From Antedon mediterranea (lineage: Eukaryota > Animalia > Echinodermata): 64,000 nucleotides of DNA. The notes beneath the pieces are model-generated. The model ran no database searches. It was not told the origin of the DNA and saw nothing but the letters and a program-made list of their open reading frames with translations. This document shows, in pieces, positions 28,101 through 56,344 of this stretch. The stretch is from assembly GCF_964355755.1 (NCBI RefSeq), contig NC_092672.1, positions 310,001 to 374,000 on the forward strand, given 5' to 3'. Position numbers and translations under genes: made by a program. The number at the start of each line of letters is the position of its first letter. Positions within the stretch are counted from its first letter, which is position 1.

Positions 28101-28306
28101 GGAATCCTCAGTATCACAAACATAGGTATAGAAACTATTTTTAACTTGTTTTTCACATTTTAAGGGTGAAGATCTAAAAATTGAGCCGGGTAAACAGCAA
28201 ATTTGAATTCAGCACCCCGAAATTACCCTAAAACACATGTTTATTCGCTTTTAACACGAAATGCCTACAGCATCTTATTAGAGTGGAAATATGACTATCT
28301 GGACTA
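25147..28306. mobile_element. Large long-TIR DNA transposon relic, Academ-like (~3.2 kb, composite)
   Basis: 99-bp near-perfect inverted repeat (25147-25245 vs 28146-28244); inverted subrepeats with AAAATGGCCGCCAT / CAAGATGGC motifs (~25246-25488 vs ~27870-28145); right terminus CTGGACTA (28299-28306) and a complementary TAGTCCAG at 25489. Confidence 0.7.
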
Positions 28307-28603
28307 GTCTATAACATAACAATTTCAATTTAATCTTTCCAACTGGACTTATTTAAGCAATGGCTTTAGATTTATAAAAAAGGGTGAACATTTTAAAAAT
28401 TATTTGGTTTACATTATTATCATCCACTGCAAAATAATAAACAAACAGTAAGTGCTGTACTGCAGTAGAACGATTTAGTTTGATTGTTTTGTAAATGTAA
28501 CGTTATTGATGACTTCTTAGCTGCTTTCTTCAAAGTATTATTTAGAAAGGTGTTCAAACTTGTTTAAATTTTAGATTTCCTTTTGAATTTAACTAATCAA
28601 TAT

Positions 28604-28727
28604 AAAGTGATGTGCTCATATGGACATGATGATATCATATCACTACCATATTTAAGCACATCACTACCATATTTGGGCACATCACACTTTTTTGTCGAAC
28701 TAGTTTGATTATAGTGTAGACAGAGCT
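28604..28727. mobile_element. MITE family M1, left-truncated copy
   Basis: Matches the 51095-51244 and 53132-53286 copies (CATATCACTACCATATTTGGGCAC, end ATAGTGTAGACAGAGCT). Confidence 0.75.
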
Positions 28728-31539
28728 TTTCATTTCCATTCTGAATTTAGCTAATCAATATAAGTCGTTCATCTGTTGACCGAAATCTTTTACCTTCAAT
28801 TGCATTTACATTTTCTCAATCTCTTTCAATCTCCAGTTAAAAATAGTTGCTTATAGATGGCTATGAAATACATCAATTTTCATCAAGGTTCTCTAATGGG
28901 TTCTTACAAATGATAGGTTGCCTCTTGTGTTGATTAATCGAGATGGTTATTGTACAGACACTTTAAGTGTCAAATGGTTGAAAAATTAGAATTTGTACTC
29001 ATTTGAAAAACAAAATATAAAACCTACAGTAGGTGGAACAGAAATATAAGCTACCTATATGGTATTTGATTTGATTAGCATCATGGAGCTATCTCCGTGG
29101 TAGAATGTTTAATTAAACATAATATCATGGTAGTTAATTGATAATAGTGCTAGTTAGTACCATAGGTAGTATGAATATTGATATACTGTGTTGGACAGAT
29201 GGCAAGCTTGTTGTAGTATATATTGCTCAGCTTGTGTTTAGAACATTTCAGCACCCCAGAGAGGTTGGTTATTAAAGACCTAACTTAACATTCCTATTTA
29301 ATAGAGATATGAATTATGGCAGATTTGGATGTCATACAGCAGGTATGTCATCGATACCTGCTGCTTTCAATTTAGCAGGGTCACTAGTTGACTTGACCAT
29401 CGACACATCTCATTGAGTTTTCTTGTAATTAACTTAAATAAATATTTTTTAAATGCATACAACATAATTTGGAATAATGAGTTTAAGTTATTCTTAGTTA
29501 ATTTTTTTTAAGATAGACCTACTTGTATTGTTTAATTAAAATTGTATTTAATTTAAATTTTTTATTCAACTAAATGCAAGAAATGTTTGCTCATGAATAT
29601 TCATGAACATGATCATTATGCATGCATCTACCTAAACTGTCAAATAGCGTATAATAATAGTGATATATCCATTAAAACATTGATTACAAGTTCATTGAAT
29701 ATTGATGACATCATGACTTATTCATATGACATGCATTTTTTATTTAATTGGATTTTGTTAGCATCTCATTTTGAAGATCAATGTCACATGTTGTCTATTT
29801 TCAAGAAGATCTATAAATATGTACCATCTCAAGTTCTTTAGTTTAAACTTCCGAAGAATGAAGGAAGAATAAAGAATATATTATAATTTACATGTTTATA
29901 AGTATCTGTTTTGTAAATCTTTTCTCTTCCTCATTGAAATGGTAAGCTTATAGTCATCTGCTGTTAAGAATTCTAATGATGCTATGACTACATACTTAAG
30001 TCTATTCTAAGAAAGTGAAAATGTATTTGTAGGCGGCCTTATTATTTCATAGGCAGACCTGTGTTTCTGTTTTTCAATTTCTTGCTGCCATAATCTACTA
30101 CTACAATACTAGTATAATAATGTCAATAGGTCTTTTTTGTTAACACATTTTTCTTTGGCATTTAACCAGGTAAATATATTACAAATTATTAAAACCAGAT
30201 GAATTTATTACATAGGTTTTAACATATTTACGGTTTTGTAATCTCTAGCTTCTTCTTAAATTGGTTTTTATTTCTTGAGTATTCATAACCAAAAAAGCAT
30301 AGAAACAGTGATATTGTTGTAAAGATTGAATATTGGTTTGATGTTCATAAGAAGACAGCATGTAAAGCAGCAATGATAGTAATAATAATATAAAGAGTAA
30401 TGCCATTTTCAATTTAGAAATTATCAATGTTGTTGAACTCGGATAAGTGCAAGTCAATTTATTACCGTATCATCTTTTTTTAATCTATGACTTTAAAAGA
30501 TTATGCAAATTGGTAATCTGTATTGTGGTGTACTTTTATATTTTTATTGTAGATCTAAAGTTATATCATTTGTGTTGATTTTAGTAATGTCGTTTTATAA
30601 CATTTAGAGGCTGAAAATCTTTGATAAAAGAACTTATAATAGTATTATCTAATATTTAACTAGGCTAATTATTAATGTTTTTCCTGAATAATAGAAACAA
30701 GCCCATGGGCCTATGTCAGGCTGCTAGAAATATCCTTTTAAATCAATAAATGAAAATAAATTACTCATAATTTCTTTGGTGGCAAAAACAAGGCGAATTA
30801 AAAAACTGGTTGCGTTCTAAAAATAACTGCTAAAACATCCAATCAGATTTTTAAAAGTTAACAGGTTTAACACTGTCAATTAAAACAATGGTTATTTTAT
30901 TGACAACAAATGTAAAAGTTATTTATTTCATTTTTTTCAACCAAGACCAGAATATAAATCAGTATCAGCAGAAAGTAAGTCATTTATATATCTTTGGATT
31001 ATTCAAAAAACCTACAACATGTGCTGAGTAGCTAAAATATATGGTGCTAATTTTATATTGACAGCCATATTTCATTATGAAAATTACACTTTTTTTCTTG
31101 TTGGTCCACCAATGTTACATATGTGTCATGGCCCACTGAACTAGATAAAACACATTCTGTTCCAGATAATAAAGCATATGCTTAAAAATTACCAATTAGT
31201 TTTATTTCCCCAAAGAACTATAAAGTTGTGAGAAAAAAGACAATCTTTATTAGTACTTTATTTATTACTATAAATATAAGTTAAAACTGCTTGTAAATGT
31301 GTGGGAATTTTTCAGAATCTGCTATTAATATTTAAATGCCTCATATTTCAATAAAAATCAATGAAAGTCCAAGGATGTTTTTATTTGGAATACTTTCTTA
31401 CAATTCACCCTGGATAAAAAGCAGTTCAACAATTGGCCTAAAAAAATCAGTACTTTCTAGACAGCAATGATGACTGTTTAGTTATTTTATTTTTAAAATA
31501 TTACAATGAAAGTTAAGAGAATAAGAATGAGTTATTAAT

Positions 31540-31614
31540 GTCTATTTCATGCCTATCTTACCTGGATAAACCGACAATAGCCCTTTCTCCTCAAGGAGCG
31601 AGATATAACTCGAA
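31540..31614 (-). mobile_element. Repeat family R1, copy 4
   Basis: GTCTATTTCATGCCTATCTTACCTGGATAAACCGACAATAGCCCTTTCTCCTCAAGGAGCGAGATATAACTCGAA. Confidence 0.65.
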
Positions 31615-34600
31615 AAGTATATATATAATATATAGTTTTGTAGAATTATGATTATTATTTCAGCAGATTAATACCAGTTTCCTGTTACATTAACATGTTT
31701 TCTAACAAATCTTGTTGTTTGCATTATATGAGAAATTTATGATACGTAGGAGTTTAAGTAAAGCTGGCCGAAAGCAATGTTAAAGAAAGACAGAAATATA
31801 TTAATACTCTTTGTATAAATAACAAATGAAATTGAGGTTAAGTTCGCTATTATTAGTGAATTATGATTTATGTATTGAGAAAGGATTAAAAAAATTATGA
31901 TTATGTATTAAGAGAGGATTAAAAAAACATCTTGAAATTTAAGCTTGGATTGTGACTTTCCATATATTTTTAATGTTATAATACATAATGAGCAATATAT
32001 ACAATATGACACATTTCCCCAATCATATTGAATGTCTGCATTAGAAAAGTAAGGTTTTAAAATGAAGTGAATTCTCAACAATCAATTTTTACACATTTCT
32101 GTCAACACAGTAGGATTTCTACATATTCACATTTAGCTTCTTGAATCTGATTTTGTATACAAGTTGTTGCCAATCATTGTATCGCCTTCATACAGTACTA
32201 TGTTGTTTTACTCATGTTAGTTTTTTCAGTATGAATGTTATCTTTGATATATTTTATTGTCTCCTATATCACTTGCCTCTCAGATTAGTTTATTGCTTTC
32301 AAGATTTTCCTTTAAATTGAGATTAAAGCTAAAATGCTAGACTATAGTATTTAATCCTTCTCTTGAGCCTTTACCCCCGCAATCTGTCTTTGGTGATGTA
32401 AATCTAGCAGACAAGATGTGAAATAACAACCTTTTCAAACTGTTCTACAGACAGTGTGTTTTATGACAAACACTTTCATTCAAAGTCATGTGACTTTGGT
32501 AGGATTTTCTACATATTCACATTTAGCTTCTTGTTAATTCCCTTGGCTACACTAGCCTACAATGATTGAAAACCACATCAAATTCTACTGGATGAAATAT
32601 AAATTTTGTGTTGGTGATGGGACCCTAAGGAAATACAATAATAAAAGCTTATGTTGTCATGATTATTTCAAGAATTTTTATTTTGCTGTATAAGTATTTT
32701 TTTTTTCTCAGTAGAGAATATTCTACAAACTGAATAGTTTTGCTTTTCTATTACTTGTATTGAATGCTACTTGACATAAATTTGACCTTACTGTAGTTAG
32801 GATGAAAGTTCACTGACCAATCAGACACTAGAATAATGAAACTGTTATTGCCCAATCAGGAAGTTGTAGCTAAGCACCAAAAGTTTAGGCCAATCATAAG
32901 AAGCATATGCTTCAGTCATTGATATGAAGTTAAATGAGCAATGTTTGAGCAAAAAAAAAAAGAATTGTTCTGTCTGTTATCAAATACTAATCAAAGCAAT
33001 ATCATTTATCCTTATCATTATCCACTGGCCAATTATTAATTATTTTTTACCTGATATTGCTTCTATTGTGTATAGTCTGGTCAGTTTACTCTTAAGGGTA
33101 ACATAAAGAATAAGGTATGATTGTTTGATAGTTAAGAGGGCAACTTTACTAGGTTAAGTAGTCTGTAGTGTTTCTTTAAGTATTATCTGTCGCCAGAGAC
33201 AAAGCGATGCATGAAAAACAATAATGACAAACACAAATTTTTTTTGGTTTTTTCTTTTTTATATTTGGGTAACATACCTTATTTATTTGTTTTTCATAGC
33301 TATTAGTTCATAATTTAGTAGTCATCAAGGACTGTGATTCACCTAAAACATGACTGATGAAAATAACCCTAGTTTTTTTTTTATTCAATGTAAATGTCAA
33401 TATTTCTAAAAGAATAAATAGCATTACTTTGGAATATTTTTAGTTGTTTACAACTTTGAATAGTGCAATAAATACCATATTGTATATTTTAAAAAATACC
33501 GTACCTCCTCATCAATATGTATAGAAGCTGCTCCAGATTGTCAATAGAATACAAGAGATAGGATATATTTCTACTGTAGCTATTTTAGATCAAAGTTTAC
33601 AATCCAATTACATTTAGTCTGTCATAATCAATTTACATAAAAACATAAGTATTAACTACAATTATAACACAAATATTTGGGATTTGAAACTAAGTTGTTT
33701 TAATTAAAATTTCAGGCAGCATTATTGCATAAAATCTTCCATAATTCAATTTCTAATTTAATGGTTACAGCGGATAAATAATCGTTTGTATTTGCCGACA
33801 ACGGCCATTAAAACGTTGTTAAAATTGATTATTCTGTTTAAACCCCAGAGTAATGGTATTACAAGAACATTATATTTTAATGTAATTATGGCATTATATT
33901 TTGGAATTAAAATCCTATTTTGTCGCTACAACTTCGTCTAGTTATTGTGTTTGACATTGAGCAGTAAAAATAGGCCAAGTGTGAGAAAGTCAAAGTTTAG
34001 ATGTAAATGATACAGTGAGACTGGTTTCAAGGTAAATACAACATGCCTTAAATCATCTTGCATAACTTTACATATAGTTTAAATTGTTAACATATTTATG
34101 TTGCTATTTAAATGTTGCCTACAGAATATTTATCAAAAACAAATGGACAGATTTTGTTTTTGTTGGTTTGTTTCTCTCTCTAACTACACTGCACAGTGTT
34201 TGTAAAGATTTACTTTCTACTTATTTATTTAAACTTAAGTAGCATTTTATAACTATACTGTATGTTTTAAATCAATTTAAATATTAAGTTTTACTGCTCA
34301 GACAATACATTGATGATGTAGTTCTCAGTCAGTGCAAGACTTTGTAGATGATATATTTTCTCATTTATGTTGGGATGAATAACCCGTATTAAGTAGACTT
34401 ATAAATACAATAAAATTACAAGTTTATATGTTTTATATAATGAAAAATGGTAGCTAATTAATTTTATGCTCCACCATCTGGCGTGTAAATTGTCCATCTT
34501 GACCTGAACTGAAGAAATTTCTCATTTTTCAAGATTGAATTTCACTAGCTTAAGCTTTGTTAACTTGGCAACCTTTTCTGACAGATGTATAAAATGTTAC

Positions 34601-34709
34601 ATTTGATATTCTTTATGAGATGAACATTCTTAACATAAGGTTGCTTAAGATTCAAATTTGTAATTTTAGAAAAGAAGATTCAGCCAAATTTAGTAATCTC
34701 AAATTTCTG

Positions 34710-35468
34710 ATGTACTTTGAATGCTACTACTCTAGACCAGTATTCTCAAATCCTTTATGTACTTTGAATGCTACTACTCTAGACCAGTATTCTCAAATCC
34801 TTTATGTTCTTTGAATGCTACTACTCTAGACCAGTATTCTCAAATCCTTTATGTACTTTGAATGCTACTACTCTAGACCAGTATTCTCAAATCCTTTATG
34901 TACTTTGAATGCTACTACTCTAGACCAGTATTCTCAAATCCTTTATGTACTTTGAATGCTACTACTCTAGACCAGTATTCTCAAATCCTTTATGTACTTT
35001 GAATGCTACTACTCTAGACCAGTATTCTCAAATCCTTTATGTTCTTTGAATGCTACTACTCTAGACCAGTATTCTCAAATCCTTTATGTTCTTTGAATGC
35101 TACTACTCTAGACCAGTATTCTCAAATCCTTTATGTACTTTGAATGCTACTACTCTAGACCAGTATTCTCAAATCCTTTATGTTCTTTGAATGCTACTAC
35201 TCTAGACCAGTATTCTCAAATCCTTTATGTACTTTGAATGCTACTACTCTAGACCAGTATTCTCAAATCCTTTATGTACTTTGAATGCTACTACTCTAGA
35301 CCAGTATTCTCAAATCCTTTATGTACTTTGAATGCTACTACTCTAGACCAGTATTCTCAAATCCTTTATGTTCTTTGAATGCTACTACTCTAGACCAGTA
35401 TTCTCAAATCCTTTATGTACTTTGAATGCTACTACTCTAGACCAGTATTCTCAAATCCTTTATGTTCT
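34710..35468. repeat. Minisatellite, 47-bp unit x16 (TGTACTTTGAATGCTACTACTCTAGACCAGTATTCTCAAATCCTTTA)
   Basis: Near-perfect tandem units; a single A/T variant is scattered aperiodically among them. Confidence 0.97.
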
Positions 35469-37806
35469 CGTTTCTTTCAGATGTTAATATTTTATGTTTT
35501 TTATTATTTTTTTTATTTATTCGGTATAAATACTCAAAATACAACAGAAGTTGAAATTCTTTTTTTTACAAAAAAATAAATCTCTCTCAAGTCTACCATT
35601 TCTGTGCTTATTGTTATTTTGAGACCGTAATTAAAGCTCATGAATTGTTTTTTTTAAACATGTCATGTTTTGGGATTTTCATTTTTATCGCTTTTTGTTG
35701 AAGACTGTAGAAGATAATTTTACACTATCACCTTTCCTATTTCACTTAGATTATGGAGTCCATGCTTAGATTTCAAATCTGTACTGTAATTGACTTTTGA
35801 ATATAAAACAATAATCTAATCCTACAGTCTACAATTTGCTTAAATGGAAATAATAAGCCTGGAACCAAGAAGTTAAAGGTTTCGAATGAATCTTCAATCT
35901 TGCTTAAGTTCCCTATCCTAGCATTGATGGTAAATAAGCCCACAAGCCTAACTCTGATGACAAAGTTTTTCTCTCTAACTAACATGTAGTGCCAAACACA
36001 AGGATGTAAAGTAAATAGTGACCTTTCCATTTACACAATTTACATATGTTGAAAGATCATCAGTAAATTATGGATTTTAAATTTTTGATTAATATGGCAT
36101 CGGTAAAATGATTCCGGATTTGTATTCTACTTTTTACTGAATAAATTAGTATCACTAAACTTGAAATGACAAATCATATGTATAAAATACAGTAAGATAG
36201 ATTAGAAAAGGTAATTTTGATATCTTTTGACATTCAGTATTAAGATAAGTTCTTATAAACATATATAAAACTTTATTACTTTACTAAGGACATTTGTGTT
36301 TTATATTTATTTTTCTGTTTGTTCAATGTTTATTTTTCAAATTATTTAATCAGGACTAAACTGCAAACATTTTAATTATAAACTACACACATGCTGTGAG
36401 ATTTATTCCCCAGTACCTGACTCATGCAGGTAATGCCTATTGACTGTTTTCTTTATGAGGTTTTCCAGATTAATTGATAAATGTTATGTCTTTATTACTT
36501 GGAGAGATTAATTCTATTAGACGTTATGTTCCTTAAAGTAAGTTACCCGTCATTGAAAGAACAAATTATTTAATAGTGGATTTATTTATATAAATATGTT
36601 ATAAGGCATTTAATAGATTATAAATATATAGATGAATATATGGCAATTGAAAACAAAGTTATAAAATAAAATATTTATAACATTTTTTAATGAATTATTA
36701 ATAAATAATTAATGTTGTGAAATGTATGAATAAAACAAACAGTTCTGAAATGAATATATTATGTAGTAAATGAATAGGCCTCATACATTATGTAGTAAAT
36801 TAAATATTTATTTTTAATTAAGTAAAATCATACATAATCCCATTCTGTAGGATCAACATATTCTAAGTTGGTGATGTGTAATTATTTCTACTAATAGATA
36901 AAAGCAATAATATGTTGTTCTTTGATTATGCACAGAATATTATTGTAAATTTTTTTTAATTATTCTACTTTTTGTCATTTTATCTTTATGTTTCATTGGA
37001 ACAGAAATAGTAATTCTAGAATTGCTTTAGCTTAATATTTATCATGTTAAGTATGTGTCACCAACACAATGTATTATGTACTTTAGCTTGTTTACAGTGT
37101 CTTATTGCTAGGCTGAGCACTGCCTACATCAAGGCTAGTCAAGTAGCACAGTAGGGACTCTTTTGCTAATGATGTTCTTTACCTTTATCACCAAGGTTTT
37201 ATCAATTTAAACATGTTTCTGAGTATCAATTATTCTAAAAGTACTCTTAGCCTGATGTGCCTGGCTTTGTAGTAATGTACTAAGGCATTGAATGTTGTAG
37301 TAATGTGCCAAGCATTGAATGTTGGAAACATTAAGTCATTTAATTGCAAGTAATAAACCTTGCTGATGAATCTGGAATAATTTATTAGTCAATTTTAAAT
37401 ATTATTAATTTACTTTCAAGTGTATGACATGATTCTTTGGTAATTCAATTGATATGAAATAAACTTGTGATATCAAGGGGAGTTTTAATGGATTTGGAGA
37501 AAAACAAGTTGGACCTCCTTCAACTTGTGTTAGTAGGACTTATAGATGGCAGCATACTACTTTTCATTGCACACTGTATTTTCCTAAGTTAAAATTCAAA
37601 GCATGTAATACGATGGCATTTTTGTGGAAATTACTATACAATGTATATTTCTTCATGAATTTTTTATCATTTTAAAATCAAATATTTATATGCATTTATG
37701 TGGTTTTTTAAATACATAACAACATTTAATTTGTGCTAAATTTATTCTGATTTATTGATGAGTTTGGTATTATATTATTTATTCACTGTTTATTCTCTTA
37801 TTCCAG

Positions 37807-52811
<15,005 letters not shown>

Positions 52812-53131
52812 CATAGTTAGTGTGTAAATTGGCATGATGGAGTGAGTGAGAGCATAAAAAAGGTTTGGTGCTTGAAAAAGTCCCAAATAGGTTAGCAGAA
52901 GGTTGTGTAGGCTATTATTGAATCAATAATTGGGCAAAAAGTTTGAAAACATACAACATGGAGGTATAAAAATTGTGTACCTCCATGATACAACATGGAC
53001 TAGAAATTGAATACACTTGTGTGTAAAACGTAAATGACAACAACAATATATCATGATACCAACCTATTGCAACCAAATGTTGTTAAGCATTACATACAGT
53101 TTGCCTTCTGTAGTATTATGTGTGTGTGTAA

Positions 53132-53286
53132 AGTTATGTCTGCACTATCAAACTTTATGCGACAATAAAATATGATGATGTGCCCATATATTGGATATGA
53201 TGATGCCATATCACTACCATATTTGGGCATATCACTACTATATTTGGGCATATCACGCTTTCTTGTTTGATAATGTAGACATAGCA
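53132..53286. mobile_element. MITE family M1 copy downstream of the Eph stop codon, opposite orientation to the 51095 copy
   Basis: TAA on both flanks; TIR AGTTATGTCTGCACTATCAAA / TTTGATAATGTAGACATAGCA. Confidence 0.8.
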
Positions 53287-56280
53287 TAAGAATTGACAGT
53301 ATTGAGAGCAATGGAAGTAATGTCCATGTGCTAAACTATCCCACCAATTTATTAAATTCATTCCATATTATATAACAATATAAAAAAACATTAAATAAGT
53401 TACCTTTAAATAACAAAATACATTATATATTGTAAAACATTCAATTTTTGTTTTTAATTAATATTATATAAATAATATATTAATTATTAAAATTAATCAA
53501 TTATTAATATATTGTTAATTTGATATTTTTATTTTATTTACGACAGTAAGTCTTCTTATGCTAATTACTTACTTATTTACATACAATATGTCCTATTGGT
53601 ATATAAGCACTCTAGGCGTTGTTTACTGTTCTGATGATAAGAATAGTTTCTCGAAACATGTCACATTTACATTTTAAGGCAATTTGCCTTTTTATTAAAT
53701 GCCTCGTTATAGTCATCCTAACTAGTAAGTCTTCTGTATGTGAATTCAACACCAATGGGATAACATTGTATTTTGAAAGGTTATAATACAATGACATTTG
53801 AGATTATGTAAAATATGTACAGTGCTCTAAGACTACAAAGAATGTATTATGTTTCAAGTAATGTTCAGGGACCATGTTATATAATATTAATTTAATGAGT
53901 GGATATAGCACATTAATGTAAATAAAATCAGTTTTAAAATGCTATTATTATTTCCAATTGAAGACATATGAATGTTTTTATTTTATGTACATATATGTAA
54001 TGTACATAATAGTAATTACATTAATTGTGTATTTTAAAATTATACATGTTCAGGGATAATGTTCTTAATGTGTGCTGAAATAAGAATATTTTTTATTTAG
54101 GAACATTACGTTTATTTTTTGTTCTTATTTTAGTGTTAAGGTCATTAAAATGTGTATCTTATCCTTCCCTTTGATTAAAATAACAATATTGCTAATAGTG
54201 TTGAATTGGCAGTTTAATATACGCAACCTGCCATTTTTGTAATAATCTTTCTGAATCAGATCCAAATTATTATCTAAGATCTAATGCTGCTTTTCATGAA
54301 ATATTACATTTTTTACGTAAGTACAGCTCCTTAGCATGTACAGATAAGTGTAAAATAAAACGTGCAGGGCAGATTACTGTTTTAAAGATACATATAAACC
54401 CGGCCGTTCATAGTTAAATGTACCTTTAAAAAATTGTTGGAAACGCTAAAACTCAAACTTCAAACTTATTTTTAAAAATTCATTTTGCAACATTCATTTC
54501 TATAGTTAGGATCAACAGTGATTAAAATGGTAAAATGTTACATAACTTTTAAAATGTTTACCATTAATGTTTTTTCTTTTTTGCTGTTTGTACATAATGT
54601 AAACATAAATTATATTGTTTACTGCGCAAACCTGTACTGTTAACGCTATGCAAATGTGACTTGTCTAAGTACACCATGTGTTGTGAGTAAACACTGCGTA
54701 AATCCTAATCTACACAAATTCAAGTTTAGTTTTTCTCTGATCACAATTATAGTACTAAAATACTAGCGCCCAATTCTAAAAATTAATAACTAAATAAGCT
54801 AATATGTAGTTTAACAGAATCTAGAAATGTTTGGAAATGGAAATCATTTAGCTTCCTTCATGTGTTCAGTTGAAGAAATAATATTTTTCAAATCCTTTTC
54901 AAAACTTTCCAGTTCAGAATTCGTTCCTTTTATTTTGTCGAGTAAACTTGTACAAATAAATCTGAAATCCCATAAAACGTAACTATTAGAAATAAGGCGC
55001 ACATCTTTTATAGTATTAATTATTCAGTATATACAATATAAAACAAACATAAGCTGCAAATTAAATTAAATTGTGTTTTTTTAACAAAGCTTCATATTTA
55101 TATATTACATTAGTTCCTTGTTTTCATTTTCTCTGCCAAAGTTGTAATTGTACAGGACATCTAAACGAAAAAACAAACCATCCAAGTTCATTTCGGATAC
55201 AAGGCTAGAGATTAACTATTAAATCTATTAGACGTTTAGCAATGTCTAATAATAATTAATCTCACTTTAATTAAAAACTTTTAAGGCCGACATTTGTTGA
55301 GTTATTCTAATAATTTAGTTTGTTTGAAACAGTTAACTAGATAAAATTATCATAAAAGGGATCACAATAAGTTTTAAGTTCGTATTTTAGTGTCAGTATT
55401 ACGATATGAAAAGAACGTATTGTTTTAAAATGTATGTGTCTGTAAATAATTTGTGAAATCAATAAATATTATTGATTGTAAAAAGGATCAAAATGATGAC
55501 TTTCATGCGGGCTTACATTTATCGTTTACATTTATCGCATGCATAAAATGACTTTTCGACTCGACATCTAATTACAACAACTCGTCCACTGTATCAAATT
55601 ATACATATGATTCTTTTTAATTTATTATCATGTGATGCGGTAATTAACATTCCAAATTATTATAGGCGTACACAACCAAATACCGCGTGAATTTCTCTGC
55701 GTCGTGTATGTCACATCTGTTTCCTAAAACTATTTCACACTACTTTCTCTTTTAGTTGCTCTCTGTGAGATTTGTCAGATGTGTGCAATATAGAAGTATT
55801 ATGTCTTCATATATTATTAATTTTAAATTTTCCCGACGCCATATTTGTGTTTAAGGACTACTTTTCATTTCGATGTTGTCAAGTAAGATTGCGTTCATTA
55901 TCCGAAATCGTAGTTAAATATTGCAATTATCGTGTCATGACATTTCAATTACCCTATTGCCGTCTGTGCTCTGAGTGAAGTGAATACAAACAAAACAACG
56001 AATGTTGGTCGCCACCACGAATTAATAATGGACTTAAGGAATCACTTATAAACGCACGCTGCACCAGAGTACAAGGCCAGTATTAGCTATACGTCTTCTA
56101 TCAATTGACGACAAAATATTGTGGGTCTATTATTAATACTGTATAGTGCCAATTGAGGGCACATAATATTTTAATTTGACGTACTTTTAATGCGAGTAAA
56201 TTTACCAAATATTGAAGAACTAAGCGAGACGTCACGGTTTGTAATACAGCAACACCTTTGCATCGTAATCCTGGTTCAAG

Positions 56281-56344
56281 ATGCTTGTGTGCCGACTTTG
56301 GTGGTTATTCTGCCTTTTCTGTTGCACTAACGCTGAGGATTCAG
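56281..56344 (+). CDS. Gene 2 exon 1: signal peptide (MLVCRLWWLFCLFCCTNAEDS)
   Basis: ATG, hydrophobic core, T-N-A cleavage-like site, CAG|gtattg donor, phase 1. Confidence 0.7.
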
